Shown here: in pieces, positions 47,671 through 61,269 of the stretch
How the letters are laid out: each line of letters begins with the position of its first letter
Position numbering within the stretch: the first letter of the stretch is position 1
NCBI GenBank assembly: GCA_025558095.1
Contig: JAIVFI010000001.1
Coordinates: forward strand, 310,001 to 374,000
Length of the DNA stretch: 64,000 nucleotides
Source: Hyaloraphidium curvatum SAG 235-1
Lineage: Eukaryota; Fungi; Monoblepharomycota
Reading direction: 5' to 3'
Position numbers and translations under genes: made by a program
The notes under the pieces: generated by a model
Seen by the model: the letters and a program-made list of their open reading frames with translations, nothing else
What the model was told of the DNA's origin: nothing
The model's database searches: none

Positions 47671-48983
47671 ATGAGCCCACAACTCCCGCCGGAGCTCGCC
47701 GCCGCGGCGTCCAAGTTCGGCGAATCCGCAGTCGCGTACGCGGCCGCGCTGGACGCGCTTTCCGCCGCGACGCGCGACCACTGCCGCGCTTGCAAGTCCG
47801 GCCAGTTTCCGCCGATGCAGGAGTTGGTCAGGGCGGGCATGGCGATGGGCCCACCGCAGGAGGCCTTCATCCTGCGCGCCATCGAGGACCTGCGCGCAAC
47901 GGACGCGCGCCTGCTCGCCGGTGCCCAAGGCAGCGAGGTGGACGGCGTGCGCGAGGCGTTCCTCCACCGGGTCTTCGCGGCCGCGATCCCCGCCTGCGCA
48001 CCATCCTGCTGGCCACCGTCAACCGGGACGTGCATCTGACCGCGGCTATGCTGCGCGGGACAGAGGACTTCGATCCCAGGATCAGCGCCACGCGCTGGTT
48101 CCCTCTGCTCGGCAAGGGCTCGACGCGCGGCAGGATCCACGACTTTCCGTACCAGCTTGACAAGTTCCTGCGCAGCGCCGTCGGCCCGGCCCCGCTGTAC
48201 GCCGCGCAGCCCGTGCGCCTGCTCCTGGGTTCCCGCGCCGCCGTCCGCAGGGTGTCCCGCGACCTGGCCTACCTGGATGCGGCGCTAGGATCCTCGATCG
48301 ACCTGCTCGACTCGTGGCTCTTCTTCCGCGACGACCCCGAGGGGAGGGATTACCTCGAAACGGCCGAATCTCGTCACCTCCTGCGGGGCATGCTGCTCGC
48401 CTCGGCGAAGGAGAGGCTCGAGATCGTGCTGGCGGCGGCGCGCGAGCGGCCGGAGCGGTGGGGCAGGCACATGGCCGAACTCGGCCGCGCCGAAGCGGGG
48501 CTGCCCCTCGTGCTCCCCGACCCATCGCGACGCGGTACCGCCGGGATCGCCCTCGGCCCGCGGGTGGAGGCGCTGCTGCGGTGCGAGGATGCGGCGGAGC
48601 TGTGGGACGTCCTGCGCCCGGGGCTCCACCTGCTCGCCATGTCCCTCGGCGACGGGTACATCGGGCTGCGGGCCCACCTCGAACGCGCTGTCCCCGGGTC
48701 GGAGGAGCTGGCGCAAACGGTGATGGAGGACAAGCTCGTCATGGACAGCCGGGACGCCCCTGGAGGAGACTGCTGCGACCGCGAAGGATGTTCCGCGATG
48801 CTCGAAACGGGGCTCAAGAGGTGCCAACGGTGCCGCATCGCGTTCTACTGCTCGCAGGAGTGCGAGCGCGCGGACTGGAAGGCGCACAGGACGGTCTGCG
48901 TGGAGATGCTCGGGCGGCGTCGGCTGGGTGTGCTCCGGCGGGCGCTTGGCCGCCATGTGCGCGGATCTCAATCATGCCTTTGA
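47671..48983 (+). CDS. MYND zinc-finger protein with apparent frameshift near 47985
   Basis: CDREGC...RCQRCRIAFYCSQECERADWKAHRTVC. The likely N-terminus (MSPQLPPEL) is in a different frame, with no obvious intron. Confidence 0.7.
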
Positions 48984-49456
48984 TGCCAGGTCGTGTCTGT
49001 CTATGAGTTTTCGTTCCATGGCCACTTCCACTTCGGCACTTTGGGTCGAGGCGATGAGGCCGTGCGGGAGCGGGATATGTCCCGAGAGGTGGACAGGACG
49101 ATCGTGCGCCGCGGACGGACCGCTGTAGGCTGACGCCGCGCTCTCTGGGGGTTTCGGAAGTCGGGAATCCGAGATAGGCGATGCGGTCCAAGGCCTTGGC
49201 CGGCATGGCTGTGCCCCGGCGCAACAATTACTGGTATTGGCCGGACCAGGCCCGCGGCAGGCGCCGGAAAGCTTTGCACGTGCAGGTACTTCTGCCCAGG
49301 ACTAGTTTGGTAGCGATGGGACTAAGCCGGCACCGGTGCATGCACCGGTGCGAGGTATGGGGCCCATTTCATGGGCCACAGCCGACGCAAGTTCCAGCGG
49401 CATCCCCGCCTCCGATCGCACGGCCAATCGACACCGCCAGCCGCCGTGCCGGCGAA

Positions 49457-51969
49457 ATGACCGGTCCGCGTCGGGTGCCGTTTGCGCTGCTCGCGATCGC
49501 GCTCTTCGCGGCCCTCGCGGTTGCCGTCCGTCCCGTTGCGGCCGGCGGCGCCCCGGCGCCCGCAGCACCAACCTGCTGCGCTGGCTGCTCCTACACGGGA
49601 AACAGGCTCAACTGCTGGTGGGTTGGGTGCGCTGCAAGGCCGCCGATGGGAGCCACACTGACCGCCCGGTCCGGCGCGCCAGCTGCCCGCGCAGCCGGCG
49701 GACGAAGACCGTCCTCGTCACCTTTACGCGCACGCGCACATCGGCCCCGCGGCTGCTCGAACGCGGCGTTCCCTCGGCGGACAATGAGGTTCAGGAACCG
49801 GAAGACGCGGGGGCAGGCGCCGGCGGCCCGGACCACCGCCTCTTCGCCCGCCATATGTGCCCCGCCTGCCGCCGCGGCATCGTGCCATCGTGGAGCAACC
49901 CGTGCTGCCCTCTCGCACGGACCGTCACGCGGACAATCACCAGGACGCGCACGGTGCTCAAGGCCGCGCGGAAAACCACGGCATTGCCCGCCACGCGCTC
50001 CTTCTCCGGTTTCGTATACCTCGATACGGCGGGATCAGGAGCTTACGATCCCGCCCGGGGGCTGGCCAACGTCACCCTGGTCGCGGCAGTTGCGGGCAGG
50101 AAGCGGGTCGCCGGTGGAGTCGTCATCGGACAGGCGACGTCCGGAGGTGGGCATTCCCGCTCCGGGTCCAATGGCACCGCTCACGATCTGTCCACCTTCC
50201 AGCCTTCGGAGCCTTCCAATTCACCGTTACCACATCGAGCCTCATCCCGGGCAGCCCCATTATCATCTCGCTCCTGTGTGCTCCCGATTCGGTCCTCCTA
50301 AGGATCGCCATCGACGCCGCGCGGAGGCCCTCGCCGACCAACAACTTTGTCGCAGTGCCCCCGGACCTCTTCGCTCAGCTTTGCGCGCAAACAACTTCCC
50401 TTGCCGTTTCGACAAGCTTGCTTGCTAGCACGTCGCTCGCGGGATCAAGCTCGACGTTTGCGAGCAGGCCGGAGACTCTGACGAGCCCGTCAGAGACTCT
50501 CGCGCCGCCAACTTCTATCGCGACCGCATCCAGCTCGACGCTCTCGAGCACCTCGGCGACCGGGACCTCTTCGACCCTTTCGAGCACGTCGGAGACCCTG
50601 ACCAGTTGGACCGCTACGACCACGTCCCTCACGGAAACAACGTCGCCGCTCTCCAGCACCTCGCAGACGCCGACCAGCTCGACGCTTTCCAGCACGTCCT
50701 TCACAGCGTCCACTTCGACACTTTCAACCACCTCGTTCACACCGTCGAGCTCCACACGTTCCAGCACTTCGCTCACGGCCACTACGTCGACGCTCTCGAG
50801 CACCTCGGAGACTCTCACAAGCTCCAGCACGACGGAGACCGCGACGACCTCTAGCGTGACAGAAACTCTGACAAGCTCAAGCACCTCTTTCACCGCAACC
50901 TCGTCCACCCTCTCCAGCACTTCCTTCACGCCCTCCACTTCCACACTCTCAAGCACCTCCGAAACCCCCAGCAAGACGAGCGAAATCCCCTCGACCACAT
51001 CGGAAACGGAATCCCCGACCGCTACCGCGACGCAAACGACCTGCCAGACCGCCGGCGCGGTGATCTTCACCTCGATCGGTACGACGACGTTCACCCCTCC
51101 CCCCTGCGCCACGGCGCTTGCGGCCGTCTGCGTCTCGGGAGGCGGCGGGGGAAACATCACCGGGTTCGTGGTGAAGCTGAATCCCACCAGGAACGAATAC
51201 TACGGAATGGGAGGAGGGGGAGGAGCGCTCGCATGGCGCAACAACATCTCCCCCGCGCAGCCGCTCGAGGTGGTCGTCGGCGCCGGCGGCACCAGCGACA
51301 TCACGCTTGCGGGGGGGCCCGATCAAGGCACCGTGAACGGCGGGCAGAGCAGGATCGCGGTCGTCGGCGGGGCGGTGCTGATCCGCGTGACGGGCGGGAC
51401 GGCGGGCTTCCCGGGCGTCGTGCAGGTGCCGGGGCTTCCCTTCGTGCCGGGGATCACGGGGGGCGGGAACGGCGGGATCGCGGGGTTCGGGTTCCCCCCA
51501 GTCGGCATATACTTTGGGGGCGGCGGAGGGGCGGGGGGTTACGTCGGTGAGCGGGGCCACGGCCGCCGAGGCGTGCTGATATACTGACGCCGAGCGTGCA
51601 TCACCAGGAAACGGGGGCGAGGGCGGCACGAGCGGCGGCACGACCGACGGCCAGGGTGGCGGCGGCGGGGGGGGTGGCGCCGAAGCCGGAGGCGGCGGGG
51701 TCGGGCTCCTGGGGAACGGGACCAGCGGCAACGGCGGGACCGACCTGACCGAAGAAGGCGAGGGAGGCAGCGGCGGCGAGGATGGGAACCCCAGGCGCGT
51801 GCTGGCCAACGGGACCCGTTGGATCTTTGTTGGCGAAGGGGGCAGGTACGGAGGCGGAGCGGGCGGGGCACCCCCGGGGAGGACCGGGGTCGTTGGGGGG
51901 CAGGGGGCGTGCCGGATTGCGTGGGGACCGGGGGTGAGCTACCCCAACAACGCGAGGAACGTGGGGTGA
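49457..51969 (+). CDS. Secreted mucin-like protein: Cys/Thr-rich N-terminus, SdrD-B-like domain, S/T stalk, Gly-rich C-terminal domain (4 exons)
   Basis: Signal peptide MTGPRRVPFALLAIALFAALAVA; FSGFVYLDTAGSGAYD...GLANVTL; STLSSTS repeats; GGGGGALAWRNNI...VVVGAGG...GACRIAWGPGVSYP. Three frame-preserving introns. Confidence 0.8.
50430..51030 (+). repeat. Coding Ser/Thr tandem repeats (STLSSTS-type)
   Basis: Recurrent acgctctcgagcacctcg-like units. Confidence 0.8.
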
Positions 51970-52092
51970 TGGGCGGCCGAAGATGGCGCGGACGTGCGGT
52001 GCATAGGTTACGTTGTCAAGTTCTTCTCCTGAGGCAGGTAGGTATACTCTTTCCTGCGAAGGTCGCTCTTCCCTCCCGATGCGCATCCCCTT

Positions 52093-52611
52093 CTATGCAT
52101 CCCCCGCAATAGGACCGCCGCGCCCGAAAACCCTGGCGACCACATCGTCCGCCCACTGAGCGTATCCCTCTGCGAACTCGTCCTCCTCCCGCTCGAACCC
52201 CTCCGCGACCGCGAACCGCCTCGCCGCCTCCGCCCGGACCGCCGCCTCCGCCTCCCCCGCGGAATACCCCATGCGAAGCAGTTCACGACCAGACTCCGCA
52301 CGCACGCCGTCGCGGCGCGGAGCAGCCTCGTCTCGTCCTCCCAGCGTTCGGTGATATTCCCCGGGCTGTTGACCCGCGCGCCAATGCCACGTCGGAGGAG
52401 GCCCTCCGCCGCGGCCAGCGCGGCGCCTCTCGTATGGCGGCGGAGGCAACCTCGTCCCTCTCGTAGAGGGGCCGGCGCGCGCTGCGCACCGCACCGGCTT
52501 CGGCGAGGAACAACGCGGCAGGGACTGGCGGCGTCCACCACAGCTTGGCCGGTCGTCCGCGTCGAGGAAAGACGCCACCTCCGACAGCGTTTCGGAAGGC
52601 AGCGCGTCCAT
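52093..52611 (-). pseudogene. F-box-like gene copy, probably degenerate
   Basis: Starts MDALPSETLSEVASFLDADD, near-identical to the divergent neighbour, then diverges abruptly. Confidence 0.5.
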
Positions 52612-52780
52612 TGCCGTTCCGCAAGTGCCGCTGCTACCTCTGCGCGTGTCTTTCGATGCAAGATTCGGGGCTGGGGGGCAGGCTGATGGGGGGCCGACAA
52701 GGGGCCGAGGTCCCCGACGCCATCCCAAATTCCATCTCCAGGCGTCGAGCAGAGGTAACAGCGGCAACCGCAGGACGGCA

Positions 52781-53971
52781 ATGGACGCGCTGCCTTCCGA
52801 GACGCTCTCGGCCGTGGCGGCGTTCCTCGACGCGGACGACTTCCTGGCCTTCCGCGGGGCGGACCGCCCGTGCCGCGCCGCCGGCGACGCAGCCGCGCAG
52901 GGGACCGTGGTCCGCGCGGCCGCCTCGCACTCCCGCACGGACAACTGCCGGCTGTTCCCGCTCGCGGTTCCCGACCGCCCGTTGGCGGACATGCCCGCAC
53001 GGTGCGCCGCATTCGCCGCCGCGTGCCGCCGCGCCGGCGTGGACCTCATCGGCTACTCCGACATTTTATTCCGCAAGCGCCAGACGAACGCAGAATGGCC
53101 CATGCGGAACGAGGCCGCGCCGCTGGTCGCCGTCGAGGCCGGCGTCGCGGGCCTGGTGCCTTTCCTCGGCGGCGCGTTCCGCGCCCTGCCCGGGGGACGC
53201 CATGGCGCTAGGGTGTTTGAGCAGCTCGCTGGCCTGCACGGGCTGTCCCCCGGCCGGGAAACGTACCCGGTGTGGTCGGTGTGGGCCGAGGAAAGCCACG
53301 AAATGGACCTGGACGACTTTGATCGGGAGCACTGGCTGTCGCCCGCCAGCAGGCGGGAATACAGGGCCATGGAGGAGCTCTTCCGGGACGAGCTCGACGC
53401 GGCGGCTGCCGCGGCCGAAGCTCCTCGCGATGGTCCACAGGCCGAAGAATATGGTGAAGATAGAGACGACGAAGCCGCGTGCCGTCGACGAGCTGACCGC
53501 AATCCCAAAGAAGCGGCCTCTGTACCGATCCACGTCCGCGAACCTCGTGAGCAGCGCCTCGTGCCTTGCCACGGCGAACACGGCGCCGGACAATCGCAGA
53601 CCGGGGTCCGTGCATGCGAGGAGGGTGAGCAGCTTGGTGCGCGCTGCAACGTACGCCGTGGCCACGTCCTCGACGCTGGTGTTGCCAGCGGCGACGAGGA
53701 AGAGGCTGCGGGTGTAGTCGGCGAGGATCATCGTGAACATGCACAAGACCCAGGCGGGGAGAAAACTCCGGGCCGCCAAACGCGTACACGGCCCCGAGGA
53801 GCACGTAGAGCGGAACAAAGTACAGCGACGTCCGGGCAAGGAAGCGCGGTGCCAGGCCCACCGACGCGAGCTGGAGCTTGGCGACGGCGCGAAGCGGCCG
53901 CGGGAGGTCGGCGAGTAGCGCGGGCAAAAAAGCGGCGGCAGCGCGTCCCGCGCCGGGGCGTCGCGCGGTGA
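52781..53971 (+). CDS. F-box-like protein; 3' third overlaps an antisense gene remnant
   Basis: MDALPSETLSAVAAFLDADDFLAFRGADRPCR fits the F-box consensus. Confidence 0.6.
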   Translation: MDALPSETLSAVAAFLDADDFLAFRGADRPCRAAGDAAAQGTVVRAAASHSRTDNCRLFPLAVPDRPLADMPARCAAFAAACRRAGVDLIGYSDILFRKRQTNAEWPMRNEAAPLVAVEAGVAGLVPFLGGAFRALPGGRHGARVFEQLAGLHGLSPGRETYPVWSVWAEESHEMDLDDFDREHWLSPASRREYRAMEELFRDELDAAAAAAEAPRDGPQAEEYGEDRDDEAACRRRADRNPKEAASVPIHVREPREQRLVPCHGEHGAGQSQTGVRACEEGEQLGARCNVRRGHVLDAGVASGDEEEAAGVVGEDHREHAQDPGGEKTPGRQTRTRPRGARRAEQSTATSGQGSAVPGPPTRAGAWRRREAAAGGRRVARAKKRRQRVPRRGVAR

Positions 53972-54040
53972 CGCCTCCAAGGCCAGTGACGGGAACAACG
54001 CTGCCCATTCGGCGGCGGAGAAGGGAGAGGGGGGAGACAT
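53415..54040 (-). pseudogene. Frameshifted multi-pass membrane protein remnant with gustatory-receptor-like terminal helix region
   Basis: Hydrophobic segments split over two frames; C-terminal RYRGRFFGIAVSSSTARGFVVSIFTIFFGLWTIAR. Confidence 0.45.
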
Positions 54041-54704
54041 TGGGACCCCTTGCGGACTTTCCAGCCATGCAGTCAGAGACGGAACCTTCCATTTGGTCGT
54101 ACAGGGGAGGCATATGTAGTCGCTCGACCCATAAGAGCTAAGTTCGCCTGGATCTGATTCAGGGTGCGTCCCGAGCGTCGAAGAGCCCCAGACATTGCCC
54201 AGACATGCTTTGATCTCGACCCGACCAAGTACACCTTTGGATGCTCTCACAGCTTCCGGTGGGCCGCCTTGGCTTGCGCCCACGACCATGCCGGGTCCCG
54301 CTCGGCACCGCCCTCGGCCAAGGCGGCTTCGACCGTCGGCCTTGTCGCTTACGAGGAGGCGCGCGGCCGCGACAACCTTGAGCTCGCCTTTCAATCTCAT
54401 GATGAAGTAGGGCGTGAGCTCCCGCGTCATCTCCTCGCCATTCGGGCCGTTGAACCTCCAGAGGGCATGGACGGTCGCCGCCGCAGGGCCGAGCACGTCG
54501 ACCCTCGACCCGCATGTCGAGCGAAACACCCGTCATGGTACGTTGAATTCGATCCCGTACAAGGTTGCGCTGCTATTCAGAAAAACAAACCAGTGCCCTG
54601 CCAAGATGCATCCATGAGCATCAAAAATGACCAAGCCAAAAGACCAGTTGCACGATGGTGACGAAATGATGCACCCCATAGCATCCAATTCCTGAAGTGC
54701 GCAA

Positions 54705-56263
54705 TCACATAGCCATGGCAGCGATCGCAGCCGCAAGCACGGCGGTGAGGACCACAGACTGCGCGTTAGAAGGGCATGCCGCGGAAGCAGGTGTCGACGT
54801 CGTCATAGCCGTGACCGTGGTCGTGGCCATCGTTGTCGTCGTGCCCGCACTTGGGCACGCGACGGGTGCGGTGTACAGGGCGGTCTCCTCCGCCGATGGG
54901 CACGCAGCTGCGGTCTGGATGTCGACGGAGCCGTCGGTGGCGATGTTGCGTAGGTACACAAGGCTGTGGTTGGCGAGAAGGGCGGGGTTCAAAACAGATG
55001 AGATGTCCGCGAGGACGACGTGGTTGTACAGCACAGCGGATTCGAACCAGGCTGGTGGAAGCACCAGTCAGACGGGCATGGGCGGACTCGTTTTGGTCTC
55101 GCACTTACCGGTCCAACCCTGCTTATTCTGGATGCGATCGGTTCGGAATACCGTTTTGTTTCGAATGAATGGCAAAGTGCTGTTGGCCTGGAGACCGTAC
55201 GCGGCAAGGAACCCCTCGAAGTCGGACGTTCCCGTAAAGGTTTCGTCAATGAGCATGTCCACGGAAGCCACGGCGACCTGAAATGCCGCCGCGGAGAAAT
55301 AAGTCGTGGTGGCGTTCACGGGAGCCACCGCGCCCGCGTCCGTCGTGAACTGGCGCTTGAACGTGGGCAGGTTGATGGTCCACGATACCGTCTGGTTGTT
55401 GAAGTCGCTGGGCGCATTGTACTGCGTAAACGCAAGCGTTTGCCGCCTGTCGGCACCTGCGCGCCTGGACGCCATTGCGATGCAGTCGTAGTTTTTCGCC
55501 ATCGACGCAGCGAGGTCGATCGCAGCCGATTCCTGGTTGAAAAATGGGGCGAGATACTTGATGTAGTTCCGCCGAGCCGCGTTGTCTCCCAAGGTTGCAG
55601 ACCAGATCACGGCGTTGGGCGCGGAACTTTGCGAAAACACGGTCTGGATCCCCACGGACGCGAGCTCTTGCGCCGCAAGGGAGCGGTTGGTTGCCGATGC
55701 GGACGCAATCGTGCCTGTGGCGTACTCCTTCTGGAAACAGGGTGACACAATGAGGTCCTCGGTGCCAGCAGTGACAAACTTGAGGCCCGGAAGCCGGCCC
55801 AGGATCTGCCAATCAATGGGATCAGAGGCAGCGAGGCTCCGCGGTTCAAGCAAGCACCTCGAGGTATGAAACTACGGTGGTGTCACTGATGGAAGACGTG
55901 CTCAGGGGCACTGAAAACGTCTTGTTGACACCAGGCACGGAAGGCACCGGGGTACCGCATTGAAAGAGGACGTATGATTCGTTTCCAGCCATGTTCGTGA
56001 GTAGCTTGTAGTTGCTAAAGTACTGGATTTGCCATCCGTCCCCAGGCTGTGCTGTTCGCGAAGGAATCGTGCGTTAGGGAGCATAAGGGGGCCATCGCCA
56101 TCGCCCGTCGCCCACCGGAAACCTTGTCGGGAAAGTAGTCCTCCGACGCATTGAAATTGGCCACGCAACCCGCAATCAGGTTGCCGGATGCGAAGCCGGC
56201 GCAGGAGGCGAAAACCGTGGCGCACGCCAGCATCGCGGCGGCGGAGGTAGGAAGCACTCGCAT
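54705..56263 (-). CDS. CBA1-like periplasmic-binding-fold (cobalamin acquisition) protein, probably GPI-anchored (4 exons)
   Basis: Signal peptide; CVANFNASEDYFPDK; IQYFSNYKLL; YVLFQCGTP; YIKYLAPFFN; WFESA..VVLAD; Thr-rich spacer and hydrophobic C-terminus. Introns keep frame. Confidence 0.75.
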
Positions 56264-56777
56264 TTACGCTTCGGAAGCGACGGAGGAAATGTACGATGTG
56301 AAGCGACTGCACTTGGGGAAGGTGAAATCTGCGCGTTTCCTGTGCGGAATCTGTGCAACGGCCACTCTAAAGGGTAAACTTCTTGCCGGACCGGCCACAG
56401 GAGTTCCGCATCGGAAACCCGCCTCAATGCTTTTGAGGGAATCATTGGTAGCCACTCGGTTTGACTTCGGTGTCGATGACAAGGCCGGTGTTGAGGCGAC
56501 GCCTCGACGCACTTCACGCCTACCTCCAAGTCAGCGCGCTCGTCCGACCTCTGCCATGTGGCGGGACGATGCGGACTATCGTAACTGTCTTGACGCATTT
56601 TTGGAATTGATCCGAGCAGCGAAAGCAGAGCGCACCAGGACAAAAACTGTCGAGATCTGTCGCGTGCTTGTCCGCCGTGTGTCCGGCGGTCATCGGCCCA
56701 TCTGGCCGCTTTGGGTCCGCACTGTTCCGACGCGTTTCCCACCCAGTCTGCCCAAATCCGGCTTTGCACGCGTGGAA

Positions 56778-57397
56778 ATGGACGCCGACAACCCGCTGCA
56801 CGTCGCGTGGGCCGACACCGGCTGGTTCGAGGCGGGCGGCACGCTCGACACGCCCGCCGACGCGCTCGCGTACTTTGCGCGCTCGCGCTTCTACGACCGC
56901 CGCTCCAACAACGAGGTCGCCAACATGCAGACGCGCGCCACGGGGCGGCTGCCGGCCGGCGGGCTGCTCGCGATGGTCGGCATGGAGTTCGACGTGGACG
57001 CCGCGGGCTCGTTCCCGCCGCGGCTGTGGATCGTGCGCAAGCAGTGGCGCGAGTCGCCGGCAAAGGTGTCGCTGCGCGCAATCTTCTACATCCTCGACTC
57101 GACGATCTACATGGCGCCCGACGTGCACACGCTGCTCTCGTCCCGCCTGGTCGGTGGACGTGTCGTTGTCCTGCTGAACTTGCCTCACAGCGTCTTTTCC
57201 AGCTCACGTCGCTCCACCAGGTGACTGTGGCCTTTGATCGCGTGCGGGCGTCGGCCGCTTTCGATCCCGCGGACTGCAAATTCCGATGGAAGGACCCGGC
57301 GGCGCCGGAACGGGATCCTGCCGCAGACGAGGAGGAACGGACAGATCCGGAGCTCGCCGTGAGGATGGACAGGGCGATATCCCGGCTCGTTGGGTGA
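56778..57397 (+). CDS. MED6: Mediator subunit 6
   Basis: YFARSRFYDRRSNNE, LWIVRKQWRESP, FYILDSTIYMAPDV..LLSSRL. Confidence 0.9.
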
Positions 57398-57576
57398 TTT
57401 CGATCTCGGCTCGATCGGAGGAGGGCAGTTTCTCTTCGTCAGGACACCACCCCTTCGTGGTCGCTTCGTAGTCGGCTCTGGCCTTCTATTCGTTGCCGCA
57501 CAAGGGGGAGGGTAACGTCTATCCGTGCCGCACCGCGGCGGGAATCCAAGATGCTGCTGCGTCTTGCGGATCACGA

Positions 57577-59728
<2,152 letters not shown>

Positions 59729-59873
59729 GGCGGGATTTGGCTCTGGAGGAGCGTTGTTTGGTTTTGAATGGCCGGCGGGACCGCGGCAACAGAAAACGCC
59801 GATTGCGTGCTCGCCGCACCAGAGGGCTTGCCGTCCCCTGAAAAACAGGCACAGTTTCGGGCCAAAGTCGCCT

Positions 59874-61098
59874 CTACTTCTTCAACCTAGCCCCGTTCAT
59901 CGCCTCTCCGAACGGCTTCAGCGGGATCTCCAGGAACGGCCCGTCCCGCAGCCCCAGCTCCAGCCTGCGGATGATTTGCCCTGCCCTCACCGGTCAGCAC
60001 GCGGACGGTCCCTCGGGCGCGCGCCACCCACGCTTCCGCTTGTTGGTGTTGGCCTCGAGGACGGCCTTGAGGAAGGCGGAGACGTTGCCTGGGGCGGGGT
60101 GAGCGGGGGCGGGATAGGATGGCAAAGGAGGGTTACCGTTCACGTCCTTTGCCGACCACGAGACCTGCGAGGCGTGGGGGGAGGGAGCAGACGGCGGGCG
60201 AGGGTTAGAGTCCCGCGACAGCATGAGGGAATCAGTCCGGTTGTTCCCACCCTGGCGATCTCTGCGGGAGAACGTCAGTTGCGCCACCGGATAACGAACC
60301 GCTGCCACGCACCGGAAGTGATGAGTCCCGAAGGCATCTCCATCTTGATGTCCAGTGAGGTCTGCGCCCGAAGGCCCTGCATCGCCTGCACGATGTCGTT
60401 GGTGATTGTGCCTGGCGACAGGTCGTCAGCGGTGGTTGGCCGCAGATGGCGCCGTCGGCGCCCACCCTTCTTGGCGTTGGGCATCAGGCCCAGCGGGCCG
60501 AGGATTTTGGCCACCTTGATGATGGCCTGGTACATGTCGGGCGTCGCGAGCGCGCGCGTGAAGCCGGTGAGGTCCGCGGTGCCGTTTTGTATCTGCGCGC
60601 CAGGGTCAGTCGCCCGAACCCGCGGGTGAGAAAGGGCTCGCCCACCTGCGCGATCAGCTCCTCGGCGCCGACGAGGTCCGCCCCCGCCTCCTTGGCCTTT
60701 GCGGCCGCGTCGCCCTTTGCGATGACCATGACCTTGTCCCTCTCCTCGCCCTCGACCTCGATCTTTGGCAGCACGCCCATGGGCACGGACGCCTTGCCGA
60801 CGATCGGCACGAACGAGCGCTTGGCCGTGTCGAGGGCGGTTGCGACGCGGGCAAAGATGTAGTCGTCGTGGTTTGCGGTGAGGCCGCGGAACGCGTGGAT
60901 GGCGGCGTCGGTGGAGGGCGCCCTGTCCTCGACGGGGCGGTGCAGGAACGACGCGTCGATGGCGGGGCGGTCCCGCTTTGGCAGCGGCGCCGGCAGCCGC
61001 ACGAGGAGGCGGCGGGGAGACGGGGCAGCCTGGGCCGAGAGGGCGCGTGCCCGGCGGGGGGCGCCGCGTGGCAGCCCGCGCGGCGCCATCGTGGGCAT
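59874..61098 (-). CDS. MRPL1: Mitochondrial ribosomal protein uL1m
   Basis: AKEAGADLVGAEELI, ATPDM...AKILGPLGLMPNAKKG(T); mitochondrial-type leader. Confidence 0.85.
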
Positions 61099-61269
61099 CG
61101 CGGGCAGCCCGAACGCGGGGCCGAGCAGCGGTCCCAGGAGACGCGAGACAATCCGCCCGCTGGAGGCACAGTCCATCTCTGGAATCCCAGCAGCCGCTGC
61201 CGCTAGTGCAGCTGGACTAGTGTCGTCGCGTCATTCCCTTGGCCCCGCTGCCCAGCAACGTAAACAAAG

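Noticed and set aside
50430-51030. Repeat array that might be CRISPR-like
   Set aside because: Degenerate in-frame Ser/Thr coding repeats with no constant repeat and unique spacer structure; eukaryotic context, no cas genes.
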